Below, piece by piece: positions 62,664 to 64,000 of a DNA stretch of 64,000 nt. Source of the DNA: an uncultured Clostridia bacterium (GTDB lineage Bacteria > Bacillota > Clostridia > Christensenellales > UBA1242); the NCBI GenBank assembly GCA_944372505.1, contig CALVZK010000002.1:44692-108691 (forward strand), given 5' to 3'. The notes below the pieces were generated by a model. The model was given only the letters and a program-made list of their open reading frames with translations. It ran no database searches and was not told where the DNA came from. A program made the position numbers and the translations under genes. The first letter of the stretch is position 1. Every line of letters starts with the position of its first letter.

Positions 62664-63451
62664 TGGTCGATGCAATGATTTTTATTTTAGTCGCGTTTAT
62701 CTCTTATTTTATAGGGACTATTAATTTTTCAAAAATTATGGCATGGCAATATCGCCATAAAGATATCACTAAACTTGGAAGCGGAAATCCTGGTACAATG
62801 AATATGCTTCGAAATTTTGGCTTTGGACTTGCTCTTGCTACATTTTTGCTTGAAGTAATTAAAGCGGGTTTATGTTGCCTTGCATTCAAGCTTATATATC
62901 CTCAATATGATCAAGTCATTTATTTCTTTTCTGGTCTATTTTTAATGATAGGATATAATTTCCCTGTTTGGTCAAAATTTAAAGGCGGTAAAGGAGTTGC
63001 AACATTTGCAGGTATATTTCTTTTTTCAAATTTATGGTACGTAGCACTCGCTTGGTTTGTGGTGTGTTTTGTATTATTAATTATTATTGATTATGGAAGT
63101 GTTATTTCGTTCACATATATTGGTGGAATGACAGTTGCTTATACTATTTATGTTTGGCTAACTAACACATATCTAGCTTGGGCAATAACTGCAATTATTT
63201 GGTTTCTATTGATTTTAACAATTGTAAAACATAGGGGCAATATTAAAAGATTAATAACTCATACCGAAAGCAAAGTAGAATTCAAAAATAAGTTAAAAAA
63301 AGTTTTTTGTCATAAAAAGGGTGAAGAAATTATAGATGAATCTGAAATAGATCATAAACCTGAAGAAATTATAGTTATAGATGGTGAGCAGCCAACAGAA
63401 GACAATAAGGAAGAAGTAGATAACAAAAAGGAAGACAAAAAAGAAGAATGA
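62663..63451 (+). CDS. plsY: Glycerol-3-phosphate acyltransferase PlsY with acidic C-terminal extension
   Basis: GSGNPGTMNMLR, KGGKGVAT, HRGNIKRL. An extra ~60-aa E/K/D-rich tail follows. Confidence 0.88.
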   Translation: MVDAMIFILVAFISYFIGTINFSKIMAWQYRHKDITKLGSGNPGTMNMLRNFGFGLALATFLLEVIKAGLCCLAFKLIYPQYDQVIYFFSGLFLMIGYNFPVWSKFKGGKGVATFAGIFLFSNLWYVALAWFVVCFVLLIIIDYGSVISFTYIGGMTVAYTIYVWLTNTYLAWAITAIIWFLLILTIVKHRGNIKRLITHTESKVEFKNKLKKVFCHKKGEEIIDESEIDHKPEEIIVIDGEQPTEDNKEEVDNKKEDKKEE

Positions 63452-63565
63452 TAAATTTTGTAAATTAAATTAGAAGGCTAAATGCTTTCTTTTTTTATTT
63501 TAATACAATCGTTCTAAATATTTAATTTCATACATAGAATAGAGTTGTATCATTGGAGGTATATT

Positions 63566-64000
63566 ATGGAAAAATTCCAAATTTATGATGATATTAAAAC
63601 TCGTACTAATGGTGATATTTATATAGGTGTTGTGGGACCTGTTAGAGTTGGTAAATCTACTTTTATCACACAATTCATGCAAAAATTAGTACTTCCTAAT
63701 ATCACTGAAAAAAATGCTAAAGAACGCACCATTGATGAACTTCCTCAAAGTGCTGACGGTAAAACTATCATGACTACACAGCCTAGATTTGTACCTAATG
63801 AGGCTGTTCAAATAAGGGTTGCTGGCGCTGATATGAAGGTTAGAATGATTGACTGTGTTGGCTATCTTGTTAGTGGTGCTATGGGACACATAGAAGAAGA
63901 TAAACCTAGACTTGTAAAAACTCCGTGGTCGGACGAAGAGTTACCTTTTGAACAAGCTGCAGAACTTGGTACTAGCAAAGTTATAAACGAACATTCTACT
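63566..64000 (+). CDS. spoIVA: Stage IV sporulation protein A (5' partial, runs off the window)
   Basis: Not in the ORF track because it has no stop in the window. ATG at 63566 after GGAGG. MEKFQIYDDIKTRTNGDIYIGVVGPVRVGKSTFI...ELPQSADGKTIMTTQPRFVP matches the SpoIVA N-terminus. Confidence 0.9.
   Translation, partial: MEKFQIYDDIKTRTNGDIYIGVVGPVRVGKSTFITQFMQKLVLPNITEKNAKERTIDELPQSADGKTIMTTQPRFVPNEAVQIRVAGADMKVRMIDCVGYLVSGAMGHIEEDKPRLVKTPWSDEELPFEQAAELGTSKVINEHST

Overview
AT-rich (roughly 30% G+C by eye) chromosomal segment of an endospore-forming Firmicute, probably Clostridia-like. It carries SpoIVA, a Spo0A C-terminal-domain paralogue, a CIRCE/HrcA heat-shock operon and several Bacillus-type conserved neighbourhoods: lepA-hemW; ylxM-ffh-rpsP-KH-rimM-trmD-mtnN-rbgA-yraN; hrcA-grpE-dnaK-(insert)-dnaJ; comEC-holA; der-plsY-spoIVA. 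Three accessory pieces stand out. (1) A tandemly duplicated, translationally coupled two-gene cassette on the minus strand (56.7-61.2 kb). It pairs a standalone ComEC-type metallo-beta-lactamase (MBL) fold protein with a 366-369 aa protein that has no motif I recognise. It sits next to a ComEC whose own MBL domain has lost its metal ligands. (2) A phage-derived head-only module (41.1-48.7 kb): small-terminase-like, portal, scaffold, major capsid, connector-like, a large structural protein and two holin-like genes. It has no terL, tail, integrase, replication or endolysin genes. An orphan large terminase lies 32 kb away (7.9-9.4 kb) beside one of two paralogous phage-type sigma-region-4-like regulators. 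The other paralogue sits behind lexA, a Com-like zinc ribbon and two tandem terminators. (3) An intact tRNA-Leu(CAA) followed by two tandem ~171-bp GC-rich units, each ending in a 47-nt copy of the tRNA 3' portion. The window also holds several large surface proteins (GLUG-like and Listeria-Bacteroides-type repeats), a Cys-cluster insertion in GrpE, a P-loop-CYTH fusion, a Cys-rich small protein and a split ABC transporter. I saw no CRISPR array, rRNA, transposase or integrase. All functional calls come from motif recognition by eye and from the supplied ORF track; no database search was possible.
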